From assembly GCA_025057955.1 (NCBI GenBank), contig JANXER010000005.1:1-63222 (forward strand): a stretch of 63,222 nt of DNA, in the 5' to 3' direction. Positions 42,433 to 52,438 of the stretch are shown here, piece after piece (within the stretch, counting starts at the first letter, position 1; each line of letters starts with the position of its first letter). The position numbers were made by a program, and so were the translations under genes. The notes beneath the pieces are model-generated. The model worked only from the letters and a program-made list of their open reading frames with translations. It did no database searches and was not told the origin of the DNA. This DNA is from Candidatus Methanomethylicaceae archaeon (GTDB lineage: Archaea; Thermoproteota; Methanomethylicia; Methanomethylicales; Methanomethylicaceae).

Positions 42433-44142
42433 ATGCATAGGAAATTCATTATCACAATAATCCTGATGTTGCTAATTCCTTTCATTAGTACAGATGCCGC
42501 AGGAATGAAGACATTTCAATCAAAGGAAGAACTTGAGAGATTCATAAATATGAGAATGAATGCCACGTTGATATTTGATTCCCCAAGCATTTCAATTTTT
42601 GAAGCCTCTCGTAACAATCTAGCCGCTAAATCATCCAATGATTATTCCACGACTAATATACAGGTGGAGGGGGTGGATGAAGCAGATATTGTTAAGACTG
42701 ATGGTGAGAGAATTTTCCTAGCTTCAAATAATAAAATCTATATAATAAAGGCATTTCCAGCTTATGAAATGAAAATAATTTCAATGCTGGAAATTGATGG
42801 AAATATTCATGGACTCTTTATAAAGGGAAATAACTTGGTCATCATATATTCCAAGTCGATATTAATACTAGATGAAATATTAAAAAAGATCATTCGACCT
42901 AGGCATCATGTCTGGCTATATATGGATGTGTATGATATAGCTGACAAGCCTAATAGAATAGGCAGCATTGCAATTGATGGATGGTATATTGCTTCGAGAA
43001 TGGTTGAAAATTATGTCTATATGGTTTCTATACAACCAATTCGAAAAATTGAACTGCCCAGAATCTCAATAGATGGATTTGAAATTACCATTCCGCCTAA
43101 TAGTATATACTACTCTGAAGCTATAGATCGGCCATATGGATTTACCATAATTACAGCAGTGGACATTTCAAGCCCAAGCCTGATGGCAGCAAAGGCAGTG
43201 CTTACAGGTTCCACAACTGACATTTATATGTCCAAAAATAATCTCTATGTGGCGTTTCCAAAGTTTCGCTTCACCACTGAATTATATAGAATCTCCATAA
43301 AAGGCCTTGATATTTCATGTAAAAATGGCTTGGAAGTTCCAGGGATGATTATAAATCAATTCTCAATGGATGAATATGATGGATACTTCAGAGTAGCTAC
43401 AACATCAACTAATGGCAACAATATATATGTTATAAGAGTAGATGATATGAAAATTGTTGGAAAACTTGAAGGATTGGCGTATGGTGAGCGAATATATTCT
43501 GCTAGGTTTATGGGAGATCGTTGCTATTTAGTTACCTTCAAGATAATTGATCCATTATTTACTATAGATCTATCCAATCCACTTGAACCAAGGGTTTTGG
43601 GAGAGCTAAAAATACCTGGCTTCAGTCAGTATCTCCACCCATATGATAACAACCATCTTATTGGTATAGGTAGAGACGTCATACTTTCTGAATACGGCGA
43701 TTTTGCATGGCATCAAGGCTTGAAGATCTCTCTCTTTGATGTATCCAATGTTAGCTATCCAAAGGAAGTTAGCAGCATTATAATAGGTGATAGAGGCACG
43801 TATTCTCCTGTACTATTTGATCATCATGCTTTTCTCCTAATTAAGGAGAAGAATATGTTTGTAATTCCAATCCTTGAAATAGAGAAACTTAGTGACGCCC
43901 CTCCATGGGAATATGGAAAGCCCATATTTCAAGGAGCTTATGTATTCAAAATCTCATATGAAGGGATTATTTTAATAGGAAAAATCTCCCATTGTGATAG
44001 CAATTATTATGAGGTTAAGAGATGTGTTTATATCGATAATGCACTCTATACTATAAGTGATGCTAAAGTTAAGGCAAACTCCCTTATAGATTTGAGCGAA
44101 ATTCATGAATTAAAAATCCATGAATTAATATTGACTAAATAA
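42433..44142 (+). CDS. Secreted beta-propeller domain protein (Beta_propel family)
   Basis: Signal peptide; YSTTNIQVEGVDEADIVKTDG, NQFSMDEYDGYFRVATT, GERIYSARF, GELKIPGFS.YLHP. Confidence 0.9.
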   Translation: MHRKFIITIILMLLIPFISTDAAGMKTFQSKEELERFINMRMNATLIFDSPSISIFEASRNNLAAKSSNDYSTTNIQVEGVDEADIVKTDGERIFLASNNKIYIIKAFPAYEMKIISMLEIDGNIHGLFIKGNNLVIIYSKSILILDEILKKIIRPRHHVWLYMDVYDIADKPNRIGSIAIDGWYIASRMVENYVYMVSIQPIRKIELPRISIDGFEITIPPNSIYYSEAIDRPYGFTIITAVDISSPSLMAAKAVLTGSTTDIYMSKNNLYVAFPKFRFTTELYRISIKGLDISCKNGLEVPGMIINQFSMDEYDGYFRVATTSTNGNNIYVIRVDDMKIVGKLEGLAYGERIYSARFMGDRCYLVTFKIIDPLFTIDLSNPLEPRVLGELKIPGFSQYLHPYDNNHLIGIGRDVILSEYGDFAWHQGLKISLFDVSNVSYPKEVSSIIIGDRGTYSPVLFDHHAFLLIKEKNMFVIPILEIEKLSDAPPWEYGKPIFQGAYVFKISYEGIILIGKISHCDSNYYEVKRCVYIDNALYTISDAKVKANSLIDLSEIHELKIHELILTK

Positions 44143-44316
44143 TTTCTTTAACATTATTGAATGCGAATCTGTGAAACATAATGAGCATTATACCTTGCAA
44201 TTTTTAATAATTTCTAATTTATGATAAATACTCAAAATTTTATGATTATAGAAAATCCATCGCCATATTGAAAACAAAATATATTATAAAAAGCATATAA
44301 TTAAATTGGAGGTTCT

Positions 44317-44520
44317 ATGCCAATTATTCATGTATATGGTTGGAAGGGACTCTCAGATGAAGCTAAGAGGAAAATTATAGCAGGAATTACAAAAGTCTTC
44401 ACTGATATGGGAATACCAAAGGAGGCTGTTGAAGTAATTATTCATGAAATTCCTAAGGAGAGCTGGGGAGTTGGTGGTGAGCTTGCAAGCGAGAAGCTGC
44501 GTGATTTTCGTCCACCATAG
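44317..44520 (+). CDS. 4-oxalocrotonate tautomerase family protein
   Basis: Pro1 after Met, K..II..IT, WGVGG; 67 aa. Confidence 0.9.
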   Translation: MPIIHVYGWKGLSDEAKRKIIAGITKVFTDMGIPKEAVEVIIHEIPKESWGVGGELASEKLRDFRPP

Positions 44521-44607
44521 AAATTTTTTTAATAATTATTATTTCAGAAAATTAGCATAAAGAATTTATAATATAATTATATTATCAAATTATGGAGAGG
44601 TAAATTT

Positions 44608-44790
44608 ATGCCAAAAGTAAGAGTGGATCCAGATAAATGCAATGGCGATGGCCTTTGCATATCAGTTTGTCCAACAAACGTTTTCGACTTTATAAACAAT
44701 AAAGCTGTTCCTGCTAGAGAACAAGACTGTATACTATGCATGGCTTGTGTAACTCAATGTCCAACTCAAGCAATAACTGTGGAGGAATAA
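44608..44790 (+). CDS. Dicluster ferredoxin
   Basis: CxxDxxCxxxCP and CxxCxxCxxxCP. Confidence 0.92.
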   Translation: MPKVRVDPDKCNGDGLCISVCPTNVFDFINNKAVPAREQDCILCMACVTQCPTQAITVEE

Positions 44791-45126
44791 CCTCTTTATA
44801 TTCATTTTTTAATAACTCTGAAGTTTTGGTTGAAGAATTATTAAAAATTGAGATGGTTAATATTTCTAAGGAAATACAACTTCCTTAAGGAGCATTTAGA
44901 TTGCTCCAAAGCAATAATTGGAAATAATAATTGGGAATAATTAAAGAAATAATAAAATAAATAAAATTATCTATGAAGATTTAAAAGCATCTCTTTATTT
45001 TTGTTCATTTTTCGAAAAGTCATGACATTAAATCTATTATGCTAAATGAGTTTAATGAAACTCTTAAATTGAACCTGGGCGTATTCAAAGGGTTGAAAAT
45101 TAAATTGTACCGCCATAATAGAGAAA

Positions 45127-46023
45127 TTAAGTGATTAAAATTACCTCCTTATCTGTTGTTAGTATAGTGTGTTCTGCTTGAGCTACAGTTTTTCTTGAAG
45201 CCTCTATTAATACTGGATATTCATAAATTATTTTATTTTTCATGAGATTCTTCAGAATTTCTTCAGGCAAATCTATCCATCTTTTAGCAAAGGGGAGTGT
45301 TCTATATCTTCTGAAGATTTCATCAAAGTATTCTTTGATTTTTTGATCCTTTGGGCCCTTCAATTTAACTATGTGCAAAATATTGCCAGGAGGTCCATTA
45401 ATAACTTCTCCTTTTGCATCAGATAATGTAACAAAGGGCTCTATGGCATATATTGACCATGGTTCTATCCTTCCAGGATGAGTGCCTGAGATATTAGGTA
45501 TACTGATGCCTGAGTGTACTATATATCTGGATATACTATGTCCTGTTAAATTTGATATAGGCTTATAGCCATATGAGTTTATTACTTTTTCTATAATCCC
45601 TCCAATGTCTGATACTTTCATTCCAATATTTATTACCTCAAGCGCTTTATCCAAAGCTTCTTCTGCAACATCAACCATTTCCTCATAATCTGATTCCAAT
45701 GATATTGTTATAGCAGTATCAGCTATTAATCCATTTACATGAGCTCCAAAGTCTATCTTAATGAGACTTCCATAGTTTATTATACTATCATCCTTTGGAG
45801 GAGAGGTATAATGCGCTCCTACATAATCTATTCCAATATTACATGGAAAGGCTGGTTCTCCTCCTAATCTTCTAATCTCTCCTTCTATTATCTCACATAA
45901 TTCTAATATCTTCATTTTCTCCTTGATGAAATACTTAATTCTATTTCTTACCTCTCTTGTTATTTTTCCAGCCTTAATCGTCCATTCAATTTCCTCCTCA
46001 GTAAGCATAAGTCTTATATGCAA
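45127..46023 (-). CDS. map: Type II methionine aminopeptidase
   Basis: AFPCN, AHYT, KIDFGAHVNG.IADTA, NLTGH, AIEPF, AQAEHT. Confidence 0.95.
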   Translation of the reverse strand: MHIRLMLTEEEIEWTIKAGKITREVRNRIKYFIKEKMKILELCEIIEGEIRRLGGEPAFPCNIGIDYVGAHYTSPPKDDSIINYGSLIKIDFGAHVNGLIADTAITISLESDYEEMVDVAEEALDKALEVINIGMKVSDIGGIIEKVINSYGYKPISNLTGHSISRYIVHSGISIPNISGTHPGRIEPWSIYAIEPFVTLSDAKGEVINGPPGNILHIVKLKGPKDQKIKEYFDEIFRRYRTLPFAKRWIDLPEEILKNLMKNKIIYEYPVLIEASRKTVAQAEHTILTTDKEVILIT

Positions 46024-46058
46024 AAATTATTTATAAAAACTAATTTAATTGATTCCAT

Positions 46059-46592
46059 ATGTGTGTACTAGGAAAGGATATTTTAATTGAACTTAATAAA
46101 AAATATAAAATAATAAATCCCTTCAATGAATCTCAACTTGATGGAGATAGCTATGTGCTAACGGTCGGTCAAGATATAACGCTTCAATATTTAGAGCATC
46201 AAAACGTCATTTCTCATGAAATTGTATTCACTCCACCAAATTATATAGCATATTTAACTGCAAAGAGCAGATATGGTAGAATGGGTTTATCCTTTTTAAA
46301 TGCTGCAAAAGTTCATAGCGGCTTCTGTGGGAGACTTGCTTTGGAAATAGTGAATTTAAACAACGAGAGAAAGCCAATAACAATAAGAAGAGGAGATCCA
46401 TTCATGCATATTGAATTTATAAAGAGAGAGGGAGGCCCATCTCCTTACGAGGGTGAATATCAATTTCAATATATGACGCGTGAGGAAATAGAAGAATATA
46501 TTCCAATATTGAAAGAGATCATTCCTAACTTTGAAAGACTATTCAAGATATGGATGAGTAGACATTATGACTGGACGAGCTTCCATAAGTGA
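46059..46592 (+). CDS. dCTP deaminase / dUTPase superfamily protein
   Basis: KSRYGRMGL, V.SGF.GRLALEI, PY.G.YQ.Q. Confidence 0.8.
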   Translation: MCVLGKDILIELNKKYKIINPFNESQLDGDSYVLTVGQDITLQYLEHQNVISHEIVFTPPNYIAYLTAKSRYGRMGLSFLNAAKVHSGFCGRLALEIVNLNNERKPITIRRGDPFMHIEFIKREGGPSPYEGEYQFQYMTREEIEEYIPILKEIIPNFERLFKIWMSRHYDWTSFHK

Positions 46593-47050
46593 TCTCCAAT
46601 ATGGTGAAGATTTTTAATTGCCTTTCCTTTCCTTTTTTCTAAAACTTCCATAGGACTCATGATAATTTTTCCTATGGCTATGGGTTTTCCATATTTCTCA
46701 TCAACTATTACTACAACGTCGTTCAAATTTCCATGAATACTTCTTATGCCTGGCGCCATTACATCAGCTCCATTTACTATGTGTGGAACAGCCCCCATAT
46801 CGATTATTACTTTTGGAAAGGACTCTAAAAGCTCCTGCCTCAGTGGAGGAATGAGCTCTTCATTAATTACTATGGCTATGGCTTTTTCCTCTTGAACGTA
46901 TATTTTATTTCCATCTTTTATTTCTAAAATTTCTATTACTTTTCTTCTATCTATTTTCTCATAAATTGATGGAAGTTTATCTTTTAAAATTTCGAGGAAT
47001 TCCTTTTGTTCCTTAGAACTCAATGGATGTCTCTTTTTAATCATTTTCAA
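46565..47050 (-). CDS. PUA-domain RNA-binding protein (DUF1947/MCT-1-like)
   Basis: DMGAVPHIVNGADVMAPGI, GKAIKNLHHIGD.LW. Confidence 0.9.
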   Translation of the reverse strand: MKMIKKRHPLSSKEQKEFLEILKDKLPSIYEKIDRRKVIEILEIKDGNKIYVQEEKAIAIVINEELIPPLRQELLESFPKVIIDMGAVPHIVNGADVMAPGIRSIHGNLNDVVVIVDEKYGKPIAIGKIIMSPMEVLEKRKGKAIKNLHHIGDHLWKLVQS

Positions 47051-47117
47051 ACTCTCCGATAGGCTTAAATAATGTATTTTATTAACCCATTGTTAGCTTT
47101 TACGGTAGGCGTTAGAT

Positions 47118-47348
47118 ATGAGCGAGCATAGTGCTACTGAGCTATTAACACAATCCCTTGGCTCAATTGTATTGGTAAAATTGAAGGGTGGAAGGGTAGT
47201 AAGAGGGCTTCTGAGGAGCTTTGATCAGCACTTGAATCTAGTCTTGGATGAAGCCGATGAGCTTATAAGTGAAGGTGAAACTAGAAAATTGGGAACAATA
47301 ATAGTTAGAGGAGATAACGTAGTCATAATATCTCCATCTCCAAAGTGA
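47118..47348 (+). CDS. Sm-like (Lsm) protein
   Basis: V.VKLKGG..VRG.L.SFDQHLNLVL, IVRGDNV. Confidence 0.95.
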   Translation: MSEHSATELLTQSLGSIVLVKLKGGRVVRGLLRSFDQHLNLVLDEADELISEGETRKLGTIIVRGDNVVIISPSPK

Positions 47349-47354
47349 TGAAAT

Positions 47355-47498
47355 ATGAAAGGAACACCCTCCATGGGTAGGAGATCGAGAGGAAAAACTC
47401 ATATAATTTGCAGAAGATGTGGTAATCATAGCTATCATATACGTAAAAAGAAATGCGCCGCTTGTGGCTATGGAAGATCAAAGCGTAGAAATGATTGA
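47355..47498 (+). CDS. rpl37e: 50S ribosomal protein L37e (47 aa, not in the ORF track)
   Basis: [25 protein letters not shown].....CAACGYG; conserved lsm-rpl37e synteny. Confidence 0.95.
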   Translation: MKGTPSMGRRSRGKTHIICRRCGNHSYHIRKKKCAACGYGRSKRRND

Positions 47499-47533
47499 AA
47501 AAATTTAAAATGAAGCCTTTCATATAGAAAAAT

Positions 47534-47622
47534 GGGCCGGTAGCTCAGCTGGCAGAGCGCCCGCTTGGCGTTGTTATACACCAAAATGCGGGAGGCCACG
47601 GGTTCAAATCCCGTCCGGTCCA
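47534..47622 (+). tRNA. tRNA-Ala(GGC) with a 16-nt canonical 37/38 intron (47571-47586); CCA not encoded
   Basis: GGGCCGGTAGCTCAG...CCCGC-TT-GGC-G[TTGTTATACACCAAAA]T-GCGGG; BHB with a TTGG/CCAA helix. Confidence 0.94.
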
Positions 47623-47786
47623 CTTTATCAATTTTCATTTGATTGCTAAGCGTTTTGGCATTGAGCAAGAAATATAATTAAGCAATGAGAATGAATGGCC
47701 ATCTGAAATAGAGGTTTTTAACAAACAATACCATTTAAACGAATTTAACATGCTGAACTATATCAAATAGAGCAAACTTTCAGCAA

Positions 47787-48146
47787 TCATTTATCTCCAT
47801 TCATTATAGAAAATATATTCAAGTCATCCCTTAGGACTATTCTATATTTTATGGCCTCAGTAATCATTGGCTCTCCCTTCTCCAACAATTTTTCAAACTC
47901 TTTGAGCGTTAAGGCGATAACTTGATAGCCTGGGGGTATGTCTAGATCCTTTAATCTCTTCAGTGGATTCTCTGTAAGCTCCTCTGAAATGATAAGAACA
48001 TCTATATCACTCCAAATGTTAAAATCCCCTCTAGCATAGGAGCCAATTAAGATAGCTGTAACCTTGAACTGGATTCTCGAGGCCCATTCCTTTGCCTCTA
48101 GTATACACCTTTCCCTTAACTTTCTCCTTTCTTCAATGATCTCCAT
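47787..48146 (-). CDS. Minimal nucleotidyltransferase (MNT)
   Basis: LIGSYARGD...SDIDVLII. Confidence 0.92.
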   Translation of the reverse strand: MEIIEERRKLRERCILEAKEWASRIQFKVTAILIGSYARGDFNIWSDIDVLIISEELTENPLKRLKDLDIPPGYQVIALTLKEFEKLLEKGEPMITEAIKYRIVLRDDLNIFSIMNGDK

Positions 48147-48523
48147 TTCTCTTCAACCCAGCCTATTATATCCTCAGCCAACCTTATGGCATCCTCAGCA
48201 TCCTCCTTTGTATAATATTCATCTGGACTACCCTCAACCCATGCATTCGGATATCTTGTTGGCACATAATATTTATCTAAAGTCTTAACAGTCTGAATTA
48301 TTCCATCCTTAAGGATGTCCTCCATGCCCTTTAGAAGTTTTGATAAACTATGCCCATATGAAGGCATACCCAAACCCCTAAGCAGAGCTTTTACAGCAAA
48401 CTCAGCTGCTTGATGTGATTTGAAACAGGCCCAGTTATAATCGCCTCTCTCAAGATCTCCCTTTGCAGAATCTAAAGTCCTCCTACTGAAGAGCATCCAC
48501 CTCAAGTACTCACTTTCGTCCAT
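48116..48523 (-). CDS. HEPN-domain protein (partner of MNT)
   Basis: YNWACF..HQAAE.AVKA, GHSL, LDKYYVPTRYP. Confidence 0.92.
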   Translation of the reverse strand: MDESEYLRWMLFSRRTLDSAKGDLERGDYNWACFKSHQAAEFAVKALLRGLGMPSYGHSLSKLLKGMEDILKDGIIQTVKTLDKYYVPTRYPNAWVEGSPDEYYTKEDAEDAIRLAEDIIGWVEEKWRSLKKGES

Positions 48524-48792
48524 AAACTTTTCACAATAATCTAAACCGTGAGTTATTTTTTAACTTTCTGGGTTGAGAGAAATGATAGAACACCTTTAAG
48601 TCATTTGAGCATTAAAAACCTCAACTTCATGGTGATTGGTTTACATCGCCTCCCTTTTATTATATAATGCAATTTTGACCAATTTATTTTTCAGCTTTTC
48701 ACTGTATATGCTATCCTCAATCTTCTCACATCATTTTCCATAGGATCAATTCAAAGGATCAATTCATCAAAATAAAAATTTAATAAATTACC

Positions 48793-49203
48793 TCAATCAA
48801 TTCTTTCATTGAGATGAATTAATTTCTCTATAAGCTTCAATACCCTCTCTTTTATTATATCCCTAATTTTTCTAGCCTCTTCTAAGGACATTTTAGCTGG
48901 ATCTGGCAAATTCCAATTTTCAACATATTTAGCATTAACAGCTGGGCATAGAGAACCACTACAAACTATTATAACCACATCAGCCTCTTTCTGATACTCC
49001 TTTTTCATCAACTTAGGCCTTTTATCGCTTATATCTATTCCTTCCTCTTGCATTAGTTTAATGGCATTTGGATGTACATTTTCTGCAGGCATTAGGCCAG
49101 CACTTATTGCCCTCCATCCCTTAGGTGCAAATTTATTAAAATAGGCCTCAGCAATTTGACTTCTAAAACTATTTTCAACACATACAAATAGAATGGTCTT
49201 CAA
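48793..49203 (-). CDS. arsC: LMW-PTP family arsenate reductase
   Basis: ILFVCVENSFRSQIAE, SAG, C....CP, W.LPDP. Confidence 0.85.
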   Translation of the reverse strand: MKTILFVCVENSFRSQIAEAYFNKFAPKGWRAISAGLMPAENVHPNAIKLMQEEGIDISDKRPKLMKKEYQKEADVVIIVCSGSLCPAVNAKYVENWNLPDPAKMSLEEARKIRDIIKERVLKLIEKLIHLNERID

Positions 49204-49549
49204 TTATATACACCTTAATTTCATTACTCAGCATTACTAGTTTAAAAGAATTTTCCCTAAATATTATTAATTTTTATAAATATTTTTACTAATATTATTA
49301 AATTTTTTATAATTTCAAAATTTATAAAAAATAGGTTTATATTTAGAAATATAATTCTATTAAAATTATAATGAATTGAAAGAATTATGTGATCAAATGA
49401 ATGGGAAATATATTGTCAATTCATGACAACTTTAGATTAATTTCTGATAAAATAGAGGATATGTTAAATTCATAAATGAAAATTAGCTAATTAGCTAAGG
49501 CTGCAAAAACTTATTGCAATTAGAGGGAAATGCCTTCAGTAAATTAAGC

Positions 49550-49942
49550 TTATTCCAAAATACTCATCAATGAAAAGCTCATCTGTCTCACATTAGCGCT
49601 TGCCTTAAGTCCATCCATTAACTTCTTTAACTTCTCCACCCTTCCTTTTATTACCATTACTTCCAAACAATTTTTTTCATCTACATGAACGTGAACAAAT
49701 GCAATTATTATATCTCCGAATTCATGTTGTAATTTTTCTGTGGCCTTTTCTCCCTTTTCATAGAGGACGCTAAGTGTGCCAATTACTTCACCCTTTATGC
49801 TCTCCAAAGTTTTATGCTCATATATGTACTTTCTCAGAGCATGTCTCAAGATTTCTGATCGACTAATGTACCATTCTTTACTTAGCATTTTGTTTAACTC
49901 TTCCAAGAGTTCATCTGGAATAGATATGCTTACTATTACCAC
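49550..49942 (-). CDS. nikR: NikR-family metal-responsive regulator
   Basis: RHH N-terminus (VSISIP..LL, SRSE..R), QH, HVH....CLEV nickel-site motif. Confidence 0.88.
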   Translation of the reverse strand: MVIVSISIPDELLEELNKMLSKEWYISRSEILRHALRKYIYEHKTLESIKGEVIGTLSVLYEKGEKATEKLQHEFGDIIIAFVHVHVDEKNCLEVMVIKGRVEKLKKLMDGLKASANVRQMSFSLMSILE

Positions 49943-50733
49943 CTCTTTCTCACCACTATTATCATATATATCAATAAGAGAATTAATACAATCATGGCTG
50001 AAGTTGCTATTCTATAGTATGCTGATATGATTATACCAGAGATTACTCCAATAATGGCTATTGTAATAGAGGAAATTAAGGTTTTTATGAAAGAGCATTT
50101 CAGTCTTAATGCTGCTAGAGCTGGTATTACCATAAGAGCTACGACTAACACTGTTCCAACCATCTTTATGGATAATATTATAGCAACTGCAATCATTAGA
50201 TTGAAGCATATTGAAATCCTTCTCACGGGTATTCCCATTATTTTCGCCTCATCCTCATTGAAGATAATGGCTAAAATCTCCCTATGAAAATTGCTTAGAA
50301 ATGCTGCTATAGAAGTTGCAAGCAAGGTTATCAAAATAATTTCCTCTCTACTTATTGTAAGTATGGAACCGAAGAGAAAAGAAAAGATATCAACACCAAA
50401 ACCTCTAGTTACACTAATTATAGCAAGGCCAATAGAGAATCCTACAGCTAACATGAGTGCAATGGCTGAATCCGAATAAGCATGCCCTTTACTTCTCATA
50501 TGGCTAATTAAAAATATTGAAATTATCGATACAATCAATGCTGTTAGAAATGGATCGATGCCTATTAAGAGACCAAGCGCTAATCCTCCAAAAGCCGTAT
50601 GAGCAGCTCCATCAACAATCATTGATTCCTTTTTGAGAACCAAGAATAGTCCTATCCATGCTGATATTATTCCTATTAATATTCCTCCAATAATTGCATT
50701 TTGAAAAAATTGATAATTAAGAAGTTCAATCAA
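49936..50733 (-). CDS. Metal ABC transporter permease (ZnuB/MntB family)
   Basis: DGAAHTAFGG, FLFGSIL, EA...G, VG..LV.AL.VIP. Confidence 0.92.
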   Translation of the reverse strand: MIELLNYQFFQNAIIGGILIGIISAWIGLFLVLKKESMIVDGAAHTAFGGLALGLLIGIDPFLTALIVSIISIFLISHMRSKGHAYSDSAIALMLAVGFSIGLAIISVTRGFGVDIFSFLFGSILTISREEIILITLLATSIAAFLSNFHREILAIIFNEDEAKIMGIPVRRISICFNLMIAVAIILSIKMVGTVLVVALMVIPALAALRLKCSFIKTLISSITIAIIGVISGIIISAYYRIATSAMIVLILLLIYMIIVVRKRW

Positions 50734-51487
50734 CAAATTCACCTCTACATTCATGTCTATGAAATACAAAGTAGAAGTGTTCTCCATAAGCCTTTCTTAA
50801 AACTTCTTCAGCTTCCTTTCCAACTTTTGCCACATAAACTTCTTTATTAACACATATCACCTTATTCATTTTACAAAATACTACAGATAAATCATGAGAT
50901 ACCATAAGTATGGTTACATTCATTTTATGATTTAATTCAGACATTTTTTGATAGAATTTTTCTTGAATCGATGCATCCATGCCAGCTATTGGCTCATCAA
51001 GTATTAATACCTCTGGCTTTCTTACTAAAGCTCTAGCTACGAACATTCTTTGCTTTTGTCCTTCTGAAAGCTCCCCTATTCTCTTATTTGCAACCTCAGC
51101 TAATCCCATGAATTCTAATGCTAAATCAACCTCCTCCCAATCCTCTCTATTAATTTTCCTTCCAGCCTTTCTTCCAAGCCTTCCAAGAACTACAAACTCT
51201 TTTACTGATAGAGGAAAATTTCTATCGAAATTTGTGGCATCTTGTGGTATGAATGCAATTCTATGCCAATCCTTGAAATCTTTCAACTCCTTTCCAAACC
51301 ACTTAATTGATCCACTAATTCTGGGAATTCTACCAAGTATAGCTAAAAGTAATGTAGTTTTTCCTCCACCATTCGGCCCAATAATTCCAATGTAATCTCC
51401 TTTTAGAACTTCAAATTCCGCTCCATCTATTACAATCCTTCCATTTCTTATCACTTTTAATTCCTTTACTTCTAAAACTTTCTCCAT
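50726..51487 (-). CDS. Metal ABC transporter ATPase (ZnuC family)
   Basis: GPNGGGKTT, LSEGQKQR, ILDEP, VSHD, His-containing tail. Confidence 0.92.
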   Translation of the reverse strand: MEKVLEVKELKVIRNGRIVIDGAEFEVLKGDYIGIIGPNGGGKTTLLLAILGRIPRISGSIKWFGKELKDFKDWHRIAFIPQDATNFDRNFPLSVKEFVVLGRLGRKAGRKINREDWEEVDLALEFMGLAEVANKRIGELSEGQKQRMFVARALVRKPEVLILDEPIAGMDASIQEKFYQKMSELNHKMNVTILMVSHDLSVVFCKMNKVICVNKEVYVAKVGKEAEEVLRKAYGEHFYFVFHRHECRGEFVD

Positions 51488-51491
51488 ATTA

Positions 51492-52385
51492 TCATCCCAA
51501 TCCCTTCTTTAATGCCTTCAAATTTTCCTCAAGTTGTTCTAAATAGTCCTTTCCATCAATTGGCCCTAACATCAAGTAGAGCTCTTCTATTTCAACATTT
51601 GGGACTTCTTTTTTAATAGTTTCAATATAAGCCTTTGGATAAGTTGGATCAGTGTAAATTATCGTAATATTATGCTTTATAATTAAGTCTATTATTTCCT
51701 TAATTACTATAGCACTTGGCTCCTCCTCAGCTGAAATACCAATTACTCCAATTTGCTTAAAACCATATCTTACAGCTAAATAGCCAAAAGCTTCATGAGA
51801 AACAATAATTACTTCTCTTTTCTTATTCAAAAGCTCTTTTTGATATTTTAAGTCTAAATCTTCTAATTTAGTTTTCAATTCATTGAATCTTTCTTGATAA
51901 TAGCTCTTTCCTTTAGGATCCTTTTCCATAAGAGCAAGGAATATTTTCTCAGCTTGCCTCATGGCCATATAGGGAGAGATCCAAGTATGTGGATCAGTTT
52001 CACCATTATGCTCTATCAATGGAAGATCCTTCGTAGTATCTATTATTAATTTATCTCTTACGTTTACTAATTTCATTATTTCATACTTTAACCAATCATC
52101 CATTCCTGCTCCATTGATGACTACTACATCAGCTTTTTGCACCTCCAATATATCTGAAGGAGAGGGCTGCCAATGATGAGGATCCACGTTATAAGGTATT
52201 AATGTTGTTACTGTTATTCTTTCTCCTCCTATTTTCTCAGTTAAGTAAGCTAAGGGATAGAAGGTTACTACTACTCTTATTTTACCTTCATTTATCAAAT
52301 ATGGATTAGGGGATGTGAATATAAGTGCTATAATAGATGCCATAATAGATGCTAAAATAATCAAAGCAATTATGCGCCCTTTCAT
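51492..52385 (-). CDS. Metal ABC substrate-binding protein (ZnuA/TroA, cluster A-I)
   Basis: N-terminal TM; DPHH.QPSP, DPHTWISP, SHEAFGYL..RYG, EEPS. Confidence 0.92.
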   Translation of the reverse strand: MKGRIIALIILASIMASIIALIFTSPNPYLINEGKIRVVVTFYPLAYLTEKIGGERITVTTLIPYNVDPHHWQPSPSDILEVQKADVVVINGAGMDDWLKYEIMKLVNVRDKLIIDTTKDLPLIEHNGETDPHTWISPYMAMRQAEKIFLALMEKDPKGKSYYQERFNELKTKLEDLDLKYQKELLNKKREVIIVSHEAFGYLAVRYGFKQIGVIGISAEEEPSAIVIKEIIDLIIKHNITIIYTDPTYPKAYIETIKKEVPNVEIEELYLMLGPIDGKDYLEQLEENLKALKKGLG

Positions 52386-52438
52386 ATGCTACATTATTGC
52401 TTCTCAATTTATTAATTTTTCTATAATTTTTTAATAAA

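Noticed and set aside
44225..44270. GGCGATGG on the minus strand resembling the start of a fluoride riboswitch
   Set aside because: The complementary CGCC and the downstream GCTxATGAC pseudoknot elements are absent, and there is no fluoride-related gene downstream.
44910..44970. AATAATTGG-like repeats considered as a CRISPR remnant
   Set aside because: Too short, with no 24-40 bp repeats or regular spacers, and no cas genes in the window.
47468..47668. 66-aa minus-strand ORF
   Set aside because: It is the antisense of tRNA-Ala, so spurious.
48685..48770. Possible C/D-box sRNA (ATGATGT...CTGA on the minus strand) and a 12-bp tandem repeat aggatcaattca
   Set aside because: Internal box spacing does not give two proper guides, and the repeat has only two copies; more likely a gene remnant.
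49413..49429. TTGTCA-N5-TGACAA palindrome between arsC and nikR
   Set aside because: Short, more than 200 bp from the arsC start, and no ArsR gene nearby; insufficient support.
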